From the NCBI RefSeq assembly GCF_009914755.1, contig NC_060948.1: a stretch of DNA of 64,000 nt; one strand, 5' to 3'. Shown piece after piece: positions 1-11,532 of the stretch. How positions within the stretch are numbered: the first letter of the stretch is position 1; every line of letters begins with the position of its first letter. This stretch comes from the human T2T-CHM13v2.0 reference genome, Homo sapiens. The translations under genes and the position numbers were made by a program. The notes below the pieces were generated by a model. It was not told the DNA's origin. It saw only the letters and a list, made by a program, of their open reading frames with translations, and made no database searches.

Positions 1-945
1 AGAGGTACTGCCTTGGTGGTTTTGGACAACATCCAGAAGAATTCTGTAGATTATCAGGCAAAAACTCTTGTTCTCTTTTCTTACTTTCTTCCAAAAAAAA
101 AAAAAAAATGGAGTCTCTCTCTCGCTCTCTGTTCTGAGCTGCCTGGAGTTATTGGTGGAATGACACAAGCACCTCTGTGACCACCACTACTAGGATTGTG
201 CTGGGTCAGACCCGATGCCAGTACAATACTGGGCCTCACTCAAGGCCTGATACAACCTCAACTTGACTACTGCCTATGTTTTCCCAAGGCCCTGGGGCTC
301 TACAGTAAGCTGCTGGTAAGGCCTTTCAGGCCTGTGTTCTTCCCTTCAAGATGGCGAATTTCCCCAGGCCCCAGGTATGTCCAGATGTGCCATCCAGGAG
401 CCAGAGACTAGCATTAAATACCTTAGATGTCTAAGTGGTATTCTATTGTACAGCAACTGAGCTGGCACTCAAACCACAAGATGCAATCCTTCCCACTCTT
501 CTTTCCTTTTTCCAAAGGTAGAGGAGTTTCACCCTGTGGCCACTGCCAACATGAGGCCATGGAGAATACTGCCAAGCTATTGCTGATGTTTCGTTTAGGT
601 CCAAAGTCTCTTCAGTCAGCTTGTGATGATTGATACCTGGCCTGGGACTCACCCTTCAGAACAATGGGCTCCTCTCTCACCCAGGGCAGGTCCAGAAATG
701 CTGTCCAACATCCATGTCCTAGATATGGGGACCTCAAGGGTCCACTTCGTGCTCTACTCCACTGTGGTGAGCTAGGACTTAAGGTCCAAGACAAAGTTCC
801 CTTTTCCCTCCTCATTTCTCAATCAGAGGGAGTCTTGCCCCCTACACACACAGCAGGAAATGTGCTGATTGTAGCCTGAGTCCAACAAGTCTCAGAATTT
901 CACCCCAAGGCACTAGAAGTATTGCTTGGGTATTATTGCTGGTCA
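1..945 (-). mobile_element. Old L1 (L1M1/L1MA-type) 5'-region fragment, open at the window start
   Basis: Resembles the recalled antisense L1M 5' region (gccttggtgg...ccagaagaattct...actcttgttctc...ctgagctgcctggag...gacacaagcacc). Subfamily is tentative. Confidence 0.6.
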
Positions 946-1067
946 TTAATCTTCTGTGATCATTATTTGTATTTCTGTGGGGTCAGTGGTAATATCTTCT
1001 TTGTCATTTCTAATTGTGTTTATTTGGAACTTTTCCCTTTTTTTCTGTATGAGTGTACCTAGAAATC

Positions 1068-1456
1068 TGATATGGTTTGGCTCTGTGTTCCCCTCAAAAT
1101 CTCATCTCAAATTATAATCCCCATGTTTCCAGGGAGGAACATGTAATCTCCATGTGTCAAGGGAAGGAGGTGATTGGATCATAGGAGCAGTTTCCCCCAT
1201 GGTGGCCTTGTGATAATGAATGAGTTCTCACGAGATCTTATGGTTTTATAAGTGTTTGACAGTTTCTCCTTCACATGTTCTTTCTCCTGCCACCTTGTGA
1301 AGAAGGTACTTCCTTCCCCTTTGCCTTCTGCTATGATTATAAGTTTCCTGAGGCCTACCCAGCCATGTGGAACTGCGAGTCAATTAAACTTCTTTCTTTT
1401 AAAAATTACCCACTCTCAAGTATTTCTTTATAGCAACGTAAAAATGGACTATTACA
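1068..1456 (+). mobile_element. MaLR solo LTR (THE1D/MSTA-like) inserted in L1 ORF2
   Basis: Starts tgatatggtttggct and ends aatggactattaca. 5-bp TSD aaatc/caatc (1 mismatch). L1 sequence resumes on both sides. Confidence 0.9.
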
Positions 1457-4400
1457 CAATCTATTTCACTAATTAAAAAAAAAAACCTCCTAGATTCATT
1501 CATCTTTTGAATGTTTTTTCCTGTCTCATTTTCCTTCAGTTCAGCTCTGATTTTGGTTATTTCTTGTCTTCTGCTAGCTTTGGGCTTGGTTTGATCTTGC
1601 TTCTCTAGTTTTCTTTAGTTGTGATGTTAGGTGGTTCAACTGAGATTTTTTTAACTTTTAGATGTGGGTATTTAGTGCTATAAATTTCCACTTTAACACT
1701 GCCTTAGTTGTGTCCCAGAGATTCTGCTATATTGTATCTGTGTTCTTATGAGTTTCAAATAACTTCTTGATTTCTGCCTCAATTTCATTATTTACCCAAA
1801 AGTCATTCACAACCTGAGCAAATTATACAATTTCCATTTAATTGTATGGTTTTGAGCAATTTTCTTAGTCTTGCTTCCTAATTTGATAGTGCAATGATCT
1901 GAGGGAGTGATTCTTATTATTTCAGTTCTTTTGCATTTGCTGAGGAGTGTTTTGTGTCCGATTATGTGGTCAATTTTAGAGTATGTGCTGAGTGGCATTG
2001 AGAATAATGTACATTCTGTGGTATTTGGGTAGAGATTTCTGTAAATGTCTATTAAGTATATTTGGTCCAGTGCGGAGTTTAGTTCCTAAATATCTTCATG
2101 AATTATCTGTCTAATACTGTCAAAGGGTGTTGAAATCTCCCACTATTATTTTGTGGGAGTCTAAGTCACTTTGATGATCTCTAAGAACTTGTTTTATGAA
2201 TCTGAGTGCTAATGTGTTGGGTGCATATATATTTAGGACAGTAAGTTCTTCTTGTTGAATTGAACCCTTTACCATTATGTGATGCCCATCTTTGCTTTTT
2301 TCTATATTTGTTGGTTGAAAATATGTTTTTTCTGAAATTAGGATTGAAATCCCTGCTTTTTTGTTTTCCATTTGTTTGTATATTTTTTTCTATTCCTTTA
2401 TTTTGAGCTCATGGGTGTCACTGCATGTGAGATGTGTCTCTCAAAGACAGCATAACAATGGGTCTTGGTTCTTTATGCAACTTAACAGTCTGTGCCTTTT
2501 AATTGAGAGCATTTAGCTTGTTTACGTTCAAGGTTAGTACTGATATGTATGGATTTGATTCTATCATCATCATGTTAGCTGGTTATTCTGCAGACTTGTC
2601 TGTGTGGTTCTTCATAGCGTCACTGGCCTGTGTAATTCAGTATGTTTTTGTAGTGGCTGGTAACTGCCTTTCCTTTCCATATTTAGTGCTTCTATCAGAA
2701 GCTCTTGTAAAGCAGGTTGGTTGGTAATGAATTCCCTCAGCATTTGCTTGTTTGAAGATAATGCCATTTCTCCTTCATTTAGGAAGCTTAGTTTGGCCAG
2801 ATATGAAACTCTGGGTTGAAATTTCTTTAAGAATGTTGAATATAGACCCTCAATCTTTTCTGGCTTGTGAGGTTTCTGCTGAGAGGTCTGCTGTTTGTAT
2901 GATGGGGTTCTCTTTTTAGGTGACCTGACTCTTCTCTAGTTGCCTTTAATTTTTTTTTTTTATTTTGACCTTGGAGAATCTGATGATTGTGTTTGGAATG
3001 ATCTTCTTGTAAAGTATCTTACTGAGGTTCTCTGAATTTCCTGAATTTGATTCTTGGCTTGTATAACTAGGTTGGGGAAGTGACCATGGATGATATCCTG
3101 AAATATGTTTTCAAAGTTGCTTCCATTCTCCTCGTCTTTTTCAGGGACAACAATGCTTCATAGATTTGTTCTCTTTCCATAATTCCATTTTTTTGGAGGT
3201 TTTATGTATTCCTTTTAATTCTTTTTTCCCTATTCTTGTCTGACTGTATTATTTTAGAAAGCCGACCTGCAGACTCTGAGATTCATTCCACAGCTTGGTC
3301 AATTCTGCTATTAATACTTGTGATTGCATTATGAAATTTTTGTAGTGTGTTTTTCAGCTCTGAGAGCTCAGTTATATTATTTTCTATAAAGACCTATTTT
3401 GTTTGTTAGTTGTTGCATCATTTTATTATGATTCTTACCTTCTTTGAATTGGGTTTCAATGTACTCCTGCATCTCAATGATCTTAGTTTCTATTCATATT
3501 CTGAATTCAATTTCTGTCATGTCAGCTTTTTCAGCCCAGTGAAGAACCGTTGCTAGAGAGTTGGTGTGGTCATTTGGAGGAAAGAAGACACTGTGGCTTT
3601 TAGAGTTGTCAGAGTTCTTGCACTGTTCTTTCTTGTCTTTGTGGGCTGATGTTCCTTTAGTCTTCGAAGTTGCTGTTTTGTGAGGTTTTTTGTTTTTTTT
3701 TTTTAATCCTATTAGATGCCCTTGAGGGTTTAGTTGTGGTACAAGCTTAGTTCAGTCAACTGGCTTCATTTCTGGAAGAATTTGGGGGGCCAAGTCTCTG
3801 CTCCCAACTTCTATACTACGTGCTGTAACTCTGGGAGACTGGTATTGGGCCCTGTCTTTGTTCTCTGGCTCCTCAAAGTTAGGAACCCAATGTGCTCGGA
3901 AGGCTGAAATGCTCCCAGACTACTGATCACTACACTTTGATGGCTGGTGCCAGCCAAAACATTTGGTAGGTCAGTGGCAGTGGGATCTGTCCTTGTTTGC
4001 ATGTGCCAGCAGCAGTGACAGTGGCAGCACTGTGTGGTACCTGCATGTTGGCTGTGGCAGGGCACCTAGTGGGTATTGGGGTACTGGTCTCCCTACACAC
4101 ATTCACAGCAGCGACAGAGGCAGCATGGCTCTCTAGGATGGGGATCCCCTCTGGTGACTGTGCATGTGGTCATACTGGTGGTGGTTTTAGCGCAAGGGCT
4201 GGACGCTGTCAGGTGCAGGTCTTTGTGCACCCTCTATGTGCATTCATGCAGGCAGAGGTCCCCACTCAGGGAATGTGAGGGTCTGCTGTTCTCTGTTCCT
4301 GGTTTCACTCTGGAAATAGCATTGGCACAGGGGCAGGGGCCTGGCAAAGGTGGGGCTGCTGGGCTCTGTGCCCACCAAGGCTCTGACTGCAATGACAGTA

Positions 4401-4458
4401 CAGTGGGGAGAGAGGAGGTGGAGTGAACTCATGCTGGCAGCAGTGGAAGGGCAGGGTT

Positions 4459-4503
4459 CACACACACACACACCCCACACACACACACCCCACACACACA
4501 CAC
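4459..4503. repeat. Interrupted (CA)n microsatellite in the old L1 5'UTR
   Basis: CA runs separated by cccc. Confidence 0.9.
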
Positions 4504-7087
4504 CGAGGGGACACGGAATGCAAAAGCCACCTCACACACACTCACCAGCAAGGCAATATGGGGAAGGGCCGTGGGCCTGAGGGTAGATGCAGTTGAGGGA
4601 GGGAGGGTGTGAGCTAGTGCATGGCCATGGGCTTTGCTCTGCTGGAGCTCTCTGCCAGTGTGGTGCAGTCCACCAGTGCAGGAGCTATGATGTGGGTCCC
4701 CAGGGCACCAGAGGTTGCACCGCAAAGAGGCAGAGTCAGGCTGGGCCTCTGGGACAGGCCAGCAGACCAAGGGGTGCGCAGGTTGGACCATCCCCTTCTG
4801 ATGGGCCTGCAGAGTTCAGGCCTGACAGTTCCTCTAGGGATAAATTCTCCTATTAGAGCAAGTCAAGCCTCGGGGGTGAGAGTCCCTGACCATGGTCTGC
4901 TACAGACGCTCCCACACCAAACCCTCTGCACTCCTCACTGGATGAAAGGCTGCCCTTACTACTTCTCTAAGCAGCTCTCTCTGCCAACGCAAGTGTCTGT
5001 GGTAGTCAAGTGGTTTCCTACTGCTGGGATTCCAGAGGTCCATGGTGAGTGCTAATTGCTCCTTGCCAGTTCAACTTACCTGTTCCCTTAGAGTTACTGG
5101 GGGCCAGGAACGAGTCCTGCTGCACAGTAGCCCCTTGCAGTATTCCCAGCTTCCTCCCTCTTCAGCCCATTTTTGTCTTCCCTTTGTCCACTCTCAGTGC
5201 CTTTCCTCTGAAGATCTGTTAGGAGTGCAGCAGCTGTCAGGATCCCTCAGTGGCAGCCGTTCCACCTGGCTGCTTCTAGTTGGCCATCTTGCTCAGCTCC
5301 AATCATTTAACCTCTTAAAGTCTGTTTACTCATTTGTAAAATATAAATATCAATAGCAAGTATCACAAATAATTTAGCACTGCCCCTTAGACATCGTAGA
5401 TGTTAAATATTATGCTAATACAATAATAGCATTCTTATTTTTCCATTATTTTTTTTCTAGATTGAACTTTTATTGGCTACCCACTTAGCTTTTAGGCAAA
5501 ATCAATTTCATTTTGTTTTTATTTCAAATATTAATAAAAGAGGCACTGCTTGTTTTCATTAACCTGTGAAATAATTTTCTATGAATTAGAAAATACAGCT
5601 GTGTGCATAATTCTGTTCTTTTATCATTATTAGTATTTTCAGCCACTTTTAAGAAACAGAGGAGATAATTTTTTTATGAGTTTATCAAGTTATCTTGTAA
5701 TTGTTAAATACACCTTGAAGTCTCCATTCCCATAACTAAATCTGGTTTGTCTTTTACCTTTAATTAAGCTAACCTCTCTGTTTAGTAAAGTCTAACTGTG
5801 AAGATGATAAGCCAGGTACCAATGTTTAACTTGCATTTTTTTAGCATATTTTAAAACTTCAGTGAAGTCTTGATGTAAATGAATAGATGTATGTATATAA
5901 ATCTATGGTTATAGTATCTGTTACTCACACATGTCTCATTAAAATTATTGGGAACATTCTTCCTTTACTTTGTTTTTCTCTTAGTCTTCAAAGTTTTATG
6001 TGTAGACTCCTTATAAATAGTTTAAATCAGATTGTTAGTAATAAAGAGGAAAATCACTTTAAGAATCTGACAGCAATGTTTGCATTTTAACATCCATGGG
6101 AACAGTATATTGTGTCTAACTTAAGTATCTGACACCAAACATTAAACATAATATTTCCTTTCTAATCTTATCCTTTGATACATTTTAGTGTATGAGGTAT
6201 TTCAAGGAAAGATGTGAAACATGTAAATTAATTGTCTTTTTTATCCCTCAAAGATAACCAAGGTATTTATTAAATTCCCTGAAGCCGTATGACAAGACAT
6301 ACATCTAAACTCAAACTAAATTATCTGGCTCTTGTAAGCTTTATGTTTGACATCATGATAATCCATATTTTGTTCTTTTACAAAAGTGATGCAACGAATT
6401 TATAAATTAACACAGAGACATTGGTTACAATAATTTCATAAAGACAAAGAGAAGCCTCACAATTGTGACACCGGGCTTGTTTGACATTCCTTGTACCTAA
6501 ACAATTTATTACCTTTTACACTATAGTCAGAGGTAGTGAACTATTACTGGAAAAATGGTATTTTCTCCATGCATTGGAATTTGAATTATTCCTCAAAGGC
6601 AGTTCTTGCAGTGGGTAATGTTCCTCGTGTTGTCACTTGGCCAACAGACTGTACCTTGGCATGGGAAAATTTGTCAGCTTTTTCACATGTGACACAGATG
6701 TTGCTTTTAATGATGCATTTAAATAATTTTGCATAGAAAGGGAAGATAAGATTACATAAAAAGAAAAATAGTTATTCAAGACTTATGAAGGCTCAAGAAA
6801 CTGGAGAGCCAATAATACACTCTGAATAAGGTCTATGATCTTTCACTTATGAAGAATTTACACCCAATTTTCATAAATTACATATCGATGTGTTATAAAT
6901 TATGTACTTTATTTTATTTATAAAATTATGTCCAACATTTTGCTAAAGTTCATTATACAAATTCCGAAACAAACAATAGTTTATTTTAGATTTGGTAGTT
7001 TAATGATGCCATTCATTTAACGTAAATATGTTTCATTGTGAAAGAACATGGGAAGAAAAATGACTTTGTCATACATATATCTTGTCA

Positions 7088-7960
7088 CATTTGATCCAGC
7101 AATCCCACTACTGGGTATCTACCCAGAGGAAAAAATGTCATTATATGAAAAGGATACTTGCACAGGCATGTTTATAGCAGCACAATTCACAATTGTGAAA
7201 ATGTGGAACCAGCCCAAATGCCCAGCAAACAATGAGTGAATAAAGAAAATCTGTGTGTGTGTGTAAGTGTATATATATGTATATATATGTGTATATATAT
7301 GTATATATGTATATATACGTATGTATATATGTGTGTATATATATACGTATATATATACGTATATATATGTGTGTATATATATACGTATATATATACATAT
7401 ATATGTGTGTGTATATATATATACGTATATATATATGCTAGATCGAATGGTACATCTACTTTTAGTTCTTTAAGACATCTCCATACTGTTTCTCAAAGGG
7501 GTTGTACTAATTTAGATTCCCTTCAGCAGTGTAAAAGTGTTCCCTTTTCACCACATCCATGCCAACATCTATTAATTTATTATTTTTTCATTATGGCCAT
7601 GTTTGCCAGAATAAGGTGGTATCATATATATATATGTACATACCATGGAACACTACTCAGGCATAAAAAGGAACAAAATAATGGCATTTGCAGCAGCCTG
7701 GATGGAATTGGAGACCATTATTCTAAGTGAAGTAACTCAGCAATTGAAAATCAAACCTCATATGTTCTCACTCATAAGTGGCAGCTAAGCTATGAGGACG
7801 CAAAGACATAAGAATGATACAATGGACTTTGGGGACTTGGGGGAAAGGGTAGGAGAGGGGTGAGAAATAAAAGACTACATATTGAGTACAGCATACACTG
7901 CTTGGGTGATAGGTGCACCAAAATCTCAGAAATCACCACTAAAGAACTTATTCATGTAAA
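7088..7960 (+). mobile_element. L1PB-type 3' end fragment with an internal inverted segment (7436-7624)
   Basis: Encodes [15 protein letters not shown]...[12 protein letters not shown]. 3'UTR reads ggggacttgggggaaaggg...caccaaaatctcagaaatcaccactaaagaactta. Segment 7436-7624 is antisense L1. Confidence 0.85.
7252..7436. repeat. Compound (TA)n/(TG)n/TACGTA microsatellite
   Basis: Near-continuous alternating purine-pyrimidine tract with repeated tatatatacgtatatata palindromes. Confidence 0.95.
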
Positions 7961-10155
7961 AAATTTTTTTTAATGTGATTGCTGTATAAAATGAGGAGGA
8001 AACATAAAAAAGGATGAGTATAAATTAAGACTTTAGATGAATATTCTTAAATTGTATTAAAACTGATTTCTATCAAAGACCAATATAAATTTTTGAAATT
8101 GTTTCTTTAAAAATTAATTATACATATTCATTTTCATACATTTATTAATACATATTTGTTTGTATTTACATATAAAATGAGGTCTGAGATTTTTCAGACA
8201 ATAAGATTTCATAGTTATTTCAATAATTACTATTGTAGCAAAAATTATAAATATAGGCAATCATATTTGGAGCAATCTTTCATTGTTTATATGGCTCAAA
8301 TTTTTAAGTATATTTAAATTCAAGTTTTTAAGTATATTTAAAAAGATGTCTAACATAAATATATAATACTGTATTTACCCCAGAAACATTAGTAATTAAT
8401 GATAAGAATAATGACGTAGGAAAATATCAGGAAGGCTTCATCTATTTTGTAAAAATGTTCACATGTTTTTACACATCATAAGAAGCACATTTACAATGAA
8501 GAATAATTTGGCCTTTATAATAATGTAACAAGATGACATAATTGCTCATCACAATTAGAAGCTATCTTTAAGGTCTGAAAGGACAAGCAATCTATCTGAG
8601 TCGATGTATTATTTTGAGTAATCAATGAAATTTCAGTTACTTGTGATAATAAAGATAATATTATTTTTCTTTAAGATATAGCCTTGCATAATAATAGAAA
8701 GATTGATGAAATGGCCAGTTATGTTAAACTTAGAAGAAACATTTCTTCTAGAAAAGAACATCTTGTAGTTCTCGAAACTCATTTTTTTCTGTCAACACAG
8801 CAAAAATTGAAAATATGTAAAAAGTGTTACTAAATGTAGAGCTGAAAATGTAGAGCTGAAAGCCTCTTCAGCCTGCCTATTGAATTAGCAAATACAAAAC
8901 TGAGTACTTTGATTGATATCACCCTGCCAAAGATTCAGCCAAGAGAATTTGGGTAGCTTTATTAAAGCTGGGTTGGACGGTGAGTCTGAGCATTAATTTT
9001 TTATGTAGTAGAACACAGGGTCAAAGCTTGCCTTCTGGGACTGCCTTTCCTTGTACTATAATAGATTATCAGATTGAAAAATACTATCAGAATACAGAAC
9101 AGAGTATAGAGATTAAGTGCTAGCTATTTATACATCAAGAAACATGAATTATTTTGATGGCTGTTGTTATTATGTAACATAACAGTAACTCCCCCAAATA
9201 CCCAAACAATAAGAAAATGTAAATTATCTATTTTAACTGTTAACTGGACGGTGGAGGTGAGTGAGATTCACTGATTGAATGGTACAAAAGGCATTATATT
9301 TAACATAGAAAGTTGTACATTTTTTACAATCTTATTTATGAACACTTGCATTATGGTTGAAAATGAAGGCTTTCATGAAAATAAGCCTATATAAATATAT
9401 AAAATAATATGCAGGACACATGTGACCCTTATTTATTCCCCATTAGTTTTTTATAGTTTGAACGTCTAATAGTTTCGATTTTTTCATCTGAAAATGTGCA
9501 ATAGTAATGTGTTAGAACAAACATTTGTGAAACACTTATATCACAAATGCTCAATATATATTGGTTTCTCATTGCAATAAATGACTGCAAAGTCATTAAA
9601 AGTAAAAATCATTGACATAAATGCAAAGATGTGAAAAAGTAAATTGACTCTCACAAGTCACAATTTAAAATATCTATACACTTCTATTTTTAAATTTCTT
9701 TTTAGAATAAAATGTACTAACTCTATCCATTATGCTCCAACTACAATTGCATCATAATTAATAATTGATGTATTTTCTCGCTGTATCCATTCCATATATT
9801 TCCAGGAGAGCTATTTTGCTTGCCAAATATTGATATAAGCAAATAAACTTACCAAATATTTCTGATTTTTTATTATCACTCACCCAATCAAGGTACAATT
9901 TGAGAACAACATTTTTAGCATATATTAAGCAGAGGTAAGATCATCATCTTGTCAAAGAAGGATTTTAGTATATCTTTTTAGAGATAATGTATTGCACTTT
10001 TCCAAGTGTCATATAATACTTTGTTAAATTTTAAATTGAAGTATTACATTGTGAAGCCACAGAACTCCATGATTATAGATAAAGTGCTTTTCTTAGCAAA
10101 GCTTAACTGACATGACAAATATATAGTTTTTTATTATCTCTGAGAAATATGCTTT

Positions 10156-10377
10156 TTTTTTTTTTTTTTTTTTTTTTTGAGACAGAGTTTCACTCTGTCG
10201 TCCAGGCTACAATGCAATGGCATGATCTCGGCTCACTGCATCCTCCGCCTCCTGGATTCAAGCAATTCTCCTGCCTTGGCCTCCAGAGTAGATGGGATTA
10301 CAGGCATGCACCACCACGCCTGGCTAATTTTTGTATTTTTAGTAGGATGGGGGTTTCACCATGTTGGCCAGGCTGAA
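10156..10377 (-). mobile_element. 5'-truncated AluS with 18-bp TSD
   Basis: Poly-T, right arm and part of the left arm. TSD ctctgagaaatatgcttt at 10138-10155 and 10378-10395. Confidence 0.95.
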
Positions 10378-11074
10378 CTCTGAGAAATATGCTTTCTACT
10401 TTTTTGTTTAATTTGAACTTGAAAACAAAACACACACAACTTCCCAATTGGATTAGACTATTAACATTTCAGAAAGGATGTAAGAAAGGACTAGAGAGAT
10501 ATACTTAATGTTTTTAGTTTTTTAAACTTTACAAACTTAATACTGTCATTCTGTTGTTCAGTTAACATCCCTGAATCCTAAATTTCTTCAGATTCTAAAA
10601 CAAAAAGTTCCAGATGATTTTATATTACACTATTTACTTAATGGTACTTAAATCCTCATTAAAAAAAACAGTACGGTTGTTAAATAATTCTTCCATTAGA
10701 AATTCTGAGCCTTTACTCTGTGTCAGGCCTTGTGGTAGGAGCTGGGCTTCAGAAATAAGTATACTGCAATCTGATTCCGGGAAATATTTAGGTTCATAAA
10801 TAGATAATTTTAACATAATATAGTAAGGGAAGATGGAGGTATAGAAAGGGTTTTCACCTCTGGAGAAATAAGAGGGGTATTTAGAATAGGTCTCTTAACT
10901 AAGAGGCCTAACATTTTTGTCTGTGAATCCATAATATTGGCAAACTAATAATGTGTACACACCACTGACAACAATACTTTATCCTTTGATGAATACCCTA
11001 CAATGGTGTGATTGAATTGGCTTCCAATTAATTTCAAATTCTATATATCACGAAAAGGTAGATATATACCAGAA

Positions 11075-11211
11075 GGCATCTCACTCTGTTGCCCAGCAGT
11101 GCAGTGGCACAATCATGGCTCACTGTAGCCTAGAACTGCTGGGCTCAAGTGATCCTCCTGCCTCAGCCTTCCCAGTAGCTGTGACTATAGGCATATGCCA
11201 CCACTCCTGGA
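11075..11211 (-). mobile_element. Alu monomer (FLAM/FAM-like)
   Basis: tctcactctgttgcccag...gggctcaagtgatcctcctgcctcagcc...ccaccactcctgg, a single arm. Confidence 0.8.
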
Positions 11212-11397
11212 CTTGGATAATGTTTTATTAGAATCATATAGCATAATGATATCTTTTGTTAACCTCTCAACATCAGTATCATCTTTGTGAAGTGAGAGCG
11301 CATCATCAGATTATAAGAAATGACAGGAGGACTGTATACTTGGGAAAGTTTTGTTCAGTGTCTTGAGAATTAACAAATATTTATTTTTCTAGAATAA

Positions 11398-11532
11398 CTT
11401 GAATGTAAGCTCACTAGAATGTAAGCTCTATGATGGCAGCAGTCTTGTCTGAGTTGTTCACTTGTGTTTCTGTAGTTCCTTCAACAATATCTAGCACATA
11501 GAAGGTTTTTAATAAATATTCATTCAGTGAAT
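11398..11532 (+). mobile_element. L2 3' end relic
   Basis: ctagaatgtaagctc...tagcacatagaagg...aataaatatt...tgaat, typical of an L2 terminus. Confidence 0.7.

Larger units (their letters stand above)
946..5300 (-). mobile_element. Old primate L1 (L1PA13-16/L1P4-like): 5'UTR, decayed ORF1 and N-terminal ORF2; 3' part absent; interrupted by a MaLR LTR
   Basis: ORF fragments 2120-2371 (KKAGISILIS...[19 protein letters not shown]...VGDFNT) and 1807-1998 (TYSKIDHIIG...SDH) match the L1 endonuclease domain. ORF1 start region is near 3640. YY1-type ggccatctt lies at 5282-5290. Confidence 0.85.

Noticed and set aside
3811-5356. Cluster of overlapping 80-144 aa ORFs in GC-richer DNA
   Set aside because: They lie in an old L1 5'UTR, where stop codons are scarce; no recognisable protein.
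7141-7473. Several YI/YV-rich ORFs
   Set aside because: Translations of the TA/TG microsatellite.
8298-8861. Short tandem duplications (tttttaagtatatttaaa; aaatgtagagctga x2) as a CRISPR-like array
   Set aside because: Two copies only, no spacer periodicity; ordinary slippage duplications in eukaryotic DNA.
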